Assembly: GCF_009914755.1 (NCBI RefSeq)
Contig: NC_060944.1
DNA: 64,000 bases
Source: the human T2T-CHM13v2.0 reference genome, Homo sapiens
Direction: 5' to 3' (one strand)
Position numbers and translations under genes: made by a program
Notes under the pieces: model-generated
Databases searched by the model: none
Told to the model about the DNA's origin: nothing
Seen by the model: only the letters and a program-made list of their open reading frames with translations
In this document: positions 58,601 to 64,000 of the stretch, in pieces
Position numbering within the stretch: the first letter of the stretch is position 1
How the letters are laid out: the number at the start of each line of letters is the position of its first letter

Positions 58601-61600
58601 ATGGAATGGAATGGAATGGAATGCCATGCAATGGAATGGAATGGAATGAAATGGAATGGAATGAAGCCGAGTGGAATGGAATGGAGTGGAATGGAATTGA
58701 ATAGAATTAACCATAATGGAATGGAATGAAATGAAATGGAATGGAATCAACCCGAAAGGAATGGAATGCAATGAAATAGAACGCAAAGGAATGGAATCAA
58801 ACCGAGTGGAAAGGAATGGAATAGAAAGGAATGAAATGGAATGCAATGGAAAGGAATCAACCGGAGTGCAATGGAAAGGATTGGAATGGAAAGGAATGGA
58901 ATGGAATGGAATGGAGTGGAATTAACAAGAGTGGAAGAGAAAGGAATTCTTGTAAAGGAACGGAATAGAATGGAATGGAATGGTATGGAATCAACCCTAG
59001 TGGATTGGAATGGAATGGAATGGAATGGAATGGAATCAACCGGAGTGGAATGGAATGGATTGGAATGGAATGGAATGGAATGGAATGGAATCAAACCAAG
59101 TGGAATGGAATATATTGGAATTGAATGGAATTGAATCCACCCAAGTGGAATGAAATGGAATGGAATTGAATGCGTAGGAATGGAATGGAACAGAATGTAG
59201 TCAACCCGAGTGGAATGGAATGCAATGGATTGGAATGGAATGCAACGGAATCAACCCGAGTGGTATGGTGTGGCATGGAATGGAATGGAATGGAATGGAA
59301 TGGAATGGAATGGAATGGAATGGAACGGAATGCAATGAAATGGTATGGAAACAACACGAGTGCAATAGAATTGAATGAAATGGCATGGAATGGAATGGAA
59401 TGGAATAGAGTGGAATCAACACAAGTGGAATGGAATGGAAAGATTGGAATAGAATGCAATGAAATGGAATGGAATGGAATGGAATGGAATGGAATGGAAT
59501 GGAATGGAATCAACACGAGTGGAATGGAATGGAATGGAACGGAATGCAATGGATTGGAATCAAGTCGAGTACAATGGAATGGAATGCAATGGAATGGAAT
59601 GGAGTGGAATCAACCCGAGTGGAATGGAATGGAATGGAATGGAATGGAATGGAATGGAATGGAATGGAATGGAATGGAATGCAATGCAGGGGAAGGGAAT
59701 GCAATGGAATCAACTGTAATGGAATGGTATGGAATGGAATGGAAAGAAATGGAATGGAATGGAATGGAATGGAATCAACGAGAGTTTAATGCAATGGAAT
59801 GGAACGGAATGGAATGGAATGGAATGGAGTTGAATGGAATGGAATCAACTCGATTGCAATGGAATGGAATGGAATGGAATAGAATGGATTGGAATGAAAT
59901 GGAATGAACCCGAGTGGAATGCAATGGAATGGAACGGAATGGCATGGAATAGAATGGAATGGAGTGGAATAAACCCGAGTGGAATGGAAAGGAATGGAAA
60001 GAATGGAACGGAATAGAATGGAATGGAATGGAATGGAATGGAATGGAATGGAATCAATCCAAGAGGAAAGGAATTGAATGGAATGGGATAAAATGGAGTG
60101 GAATCACCCAAGTGGAATGGAATGAAATGGAGTGGAATGGAATGGAATCAAGCCGAGTAGATTGGATTGCAATGGAATGGAAGGGTGTGGAATGGAATGG
60201 AATGGAATGCAAGGGAATGGAATGGAGTGGAATCTAACCAAGTGGAATGGAATGGAATGGAATGGAATGCAGTGGAATGGAATGGAATGGAATGGAATGC
60301 AGTGGAATGGAATGGAATGGAAGGAAGCTGAGTGGAATGGAGTGGAATGGAATGGAATGGAATGGAATGGAATTTAATTGAATCATCTCAAGTGCAATGG
60401 AATGGAATGGAATGGAATGGAATGGAATGGAATCAAACCGAGTGGAATGGAATGGAATGGAATGGTTTGCAATGGAATGGAATGGAATAGAATCCAACAG
60501 AGTGGAATGGAGTGGAATGGAATGGAAGGGAATGGAATGGAATTTAATGCAATCAACCCAAGTGTAATGGTGTGGAATTGAATGGAATGGAATGGAACGG
60601 AATAATTTGGAATGGAACGGAGTCAACAAGAGTGGAATGGAATGGAATGGAACGGAATGAAATAGAACGCAATCAACCCCAGTGGAGTGCAATGGAATGG
60701 AATGGAATAGAATGGAATGGAATAGACTGAAATGGAATGGAATCAAACCGAATGAAATGGGAAGGATTGGAACTGAATGGAATGGAATGGAATGGAATGG
60801 AATGGAATGGAATGGAATGGATTGGAATGGAATGGAATCAACCCGAGTGGAATGGTATGGAATGGAATGCAATAGAAGGGAATCAATCCAAGTGGAATGG
60901 AATGGAATGGAATGAAATGGAATGCCATGCAATGGAATGGAATGGAATGAAATGGAATGGAAAGAAGCCGAGTGGAATGGAATGGAGTGGAATGGAATTG
61001 AATAGAATCAACCATAATGGAATGGAATGAAATGAAATGGAATGGAATCAACCCGAAAGGAATGGTATGGAATGAAATAGAACGCAAAGGAATGGAATCA
61101 AACCGAGTGGAATGGAATGGAATGGAAAGGAATGAAATGGAATGTAATGGAAAGGAATCAACCGGAGTGCAATGGAAAGGATTGGAATGGAAAGGAATGG
61201 AATGGAATGGAATGGAGTGGAATTAACAAGAGTGGAAGAGAATGGAATTCTTGTAATGGAACGGAATAGAATGCAATGGAATGGAATGGAATGGTATGGA
61301 ATCAACCCTAGAGGATTGGAATGGAAAGGAATGGAATAGAATGGAATCAACTGGAGTGGAATGGAATGGATTGAAATGGAATGGAATGCAATGGAATGGA
61401 ATGGAATGGAATCAAACAAAGTGGAATGGAATATATTGGAATTGAATGGAATTGAATCAACACAAGTGGAATGGAATGGAATGGAATGGAATGGAATGCA
61501 ATGGATAGGAATGGAATGGAACAGAATGTAGTCAACCCGAGTGGAATGGAATGCAATGGATTGGAATGGAATGCAATGGAATCAACCCGAGTGGAATGAA

Positions 61601-64000
61601 ATGGAATGGAATGGAATGGAATCAACCAGAGTGGAATGTAATGTAATGGAATGCAATGAAATGGAATGGAATGGAATCAACCCGAGTGGAATGGTGTGGC
61701 ATGGAATGGAATGGAATGGAATGGAATGGAATGCAATGGAATGGAAACAACACGAGTGCAATGGAATTGAATGAAATGGCATGGAATGGAATGGAATGGA
61801 ATGGAATGGAATGGAATGGAATGGAATAGAATGGAGTGGAGTGGAATGGAAAGGAGCGGAATCAACAGGAGTGGAATGGAACGGAATAGAATGGAATGGA
61901 ATGGAATGGAATCAAACAAAGAGGAATGGAACGGAATGGAATGGAATGGAATGGAATGGAATGGAATGGAATCACCCCGAGTGGAATGGAATAGAATGGA
62001 ATGGAATGCAATGGAATGGAATCAACTCAAGTACAATGGAATGGAATGGAACGGAATGCAAAGGAATGGAATTGAGTGGAATCAACACGAGTGGAATTGA
62101 ATGGAATGGAATTGAATGGAATGTAATGGAAGGGAATGGAATGGATCGGAATCAACTAGAATGGAATGGAATGGAATGGAATGGAATGGAATGGAATGGA
62201 ATCAACCCGAGTGGAATGCAATGGAATGGAATCGAGTGGGATAGAATGGAGTGGAATGGAGTCAAAGTGACTGGAATGGAATGGAATGGAATTGAATAGA
62301 ATACAATGGAATGAAATGGAATGAACCCGAGTGGAATGCAATGGAATGGAACGTAATGGAATGTAAAGGAATGGAATGGAATGGAATGGAATGGAATGGA
62401 ATCAACCCGAGGGCAGTGGAATGGAATGGAATGGCATGGAATGGAATGGAATGGAATGGAGTGGAATCAACACGAGTGGAATGGAATGGAATGGAATGGA
62501 ATGGAATGGAATGGAATCAACTATAATGGAATGGTATGGAATGGATGAAATGGAATGGAATGGAATGGAATGGAATGGAATGGAGTGGAATCAACCCGAG
62601 TGGAAAGGAATGGAATGTAATGGAATGGAATGGAATGGAATCAGCTGGAATGGGATGGTATGAAATGGAATGGAATGGAACGGAACAGTATGGAAAGGAA
62701 AGGAATGGAATGAAATGGAAAGGAACGGAATGGAATCAACACGATCGTAATTGAATGGAATGGACTGGAAAGGAATTGAATCAACACGAGTGGAACACAA
62801 TGGAATGTAACGGAATTGAATGGAATGGAACGAAATGCAAAGGAGTGGAATCAACCCGATTGGAATGGAATGGAATGGATTGGAATGGAATGGAATGGAA
62901 TGGAATGGAATGGAATGGAATGGAGTCAACACGATTGGAATACAATGAAATGGAATGGTGTGGAATTTAATCAACACGTGTGCAATGGAATGGAAGGGCA
63001 TGCAATGCAATGGAATGAAATGCAATGCAATGCAATGAAAAGCAATGGAATCAAACCGAGTGGAAATGAATGGAATGGAATGGAATGCAATGGATTGGAA
63101 TCAAGTCGAGTACAATGGAATGGAATGGAATGGAATGCAATGGAATGGAATGGAGTGGAATCAACCCGAGTGGAATGGAATGGAATGGAATGGAATGGAA
63201 TGGAATGGAATGGAATGCAATGGAGGGGAAGGGAATGCAATGGAATCAATTGCAATTGAATGGTATCGAATGGAAAGGAATGGAATGGAATGGAATGGAA
63301 TGGAATGGAATGGAATGGAATTAACGCGAGTTGAATGCAATGGAATGGAACGGAATGGAATGGAGTGGAATGGAATGGGATGGAATGGAATGGAATGGAA
63401 TGCAATGGAGGGGAAGGGAATGCAATGGAATCAATTGCAATTGAATGGTATCGAATGGAATGGAATGGAATGGAATGGAATTAACGCGAGTTGAATGCAA
63501 TGGAATGGAACGGAATGGAATGGAGTGGAATGGAATGGGATGGAATGGAATGGAGTTGAATGGAATAGAATCAACGCGATTGCATTGGAATGCAATGGAA
63601 TGGAATAGAATGGATTGGAATGAAATGGAATGAACCCGAGTGGAATGCAACGGAATGGAACGGAATGGAATGGAATGGAATGGAATTGAATGGAATGGAA
63701 TCCACCCGACTGCAATGGAGTGAAATGGAATGGAATGGAATGGAATGGAAGGAAACGGAATGGAATGGATTGGAGTCAACCCGAATGGAAAGGAATGGAA
63801 TGGAATAGAATGGAATGGAATGGAATGGAATGGAATCACCTGGATTTCAAAGGTGTTTAATGGAATGGAAGGGAATTCAATGGAATGGAATGGAGTGGAA
63901 TCAACCCCAGTGAAATGGAATGGAACGGAATGGAAAGAATGGAATGGAGTCACCTGGAATGACATGGTATTTAATGACATGGATAGGAATGGAATGGAAT
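34601..64000 (+). repeat. Human satellite 3 (HSat3/SatIII) array, probably HSat3B-type; G-rich strand on +
   Basis: (GGAAT)n with the classical SatIII interruption CAACCCGAGT (reverse complement ACTCGGGTTG) and its variants CAACACGAGT, CAAACCGAGT and CAACGCGA. The HSat2 pattern (CGAATGGAATCATC) is not dominant. Runs off the end of the window. Confidence 0.95.

Noticed and set aside
34601-64000. HSat2 (HSATII) assignment or telomeric repeats
   Set aside because: Long uninterrupted GGAAT runs with CAACCCGAGT interruptions fit HSat3. The HSat2 ATCATCGAATGG pattern and TTAGGG arrays were not seen.

Overview
Primate (human or great-ape type) pericentromeric heterochromatin with no host genes. Positions 1-25135 are divergent monomeric alpha satellite (~171 bp, A-type/pJalpha-box monomers, no canonical CENP-B box seen), interrupted by three L1PA insertions. 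These are a 5'-inverted, truncated L1PA3/4-like copy (279-1860), a dead near-full-length L1PA2/3-like copy on the minus strand (11606-17453), and a 5'-truncated L1PA4-like copy with a possible short 3' transduction (23183-24365). At 25133-25135 alpha satellite joins, through a 3-bp microhomology, a GGAGT/GGAAT-mixed satellite-3-like block. That block carries eleven ~52-bp Alu 3'-end fragments as a repeating structural element, organised in a ~3-kb higher-order pattern. It gives way to canonical HSat3 ((GGAAT)n with CAACCCGAGT interruptions), and the boundary itself has been tandemly duplicated (~2.4 kb). The HSat3 array shows ~5.9-kb and ~3.1-kb internal duplications. I found no credible novel protein-coding system. 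The most interesting signal is the Alu-fragment/GGAGT composite satellite and its junctions. All comparisons were made by eye and coordinates are approximate to a few bp; subfamily calls rest on remembered diagnostic bases.
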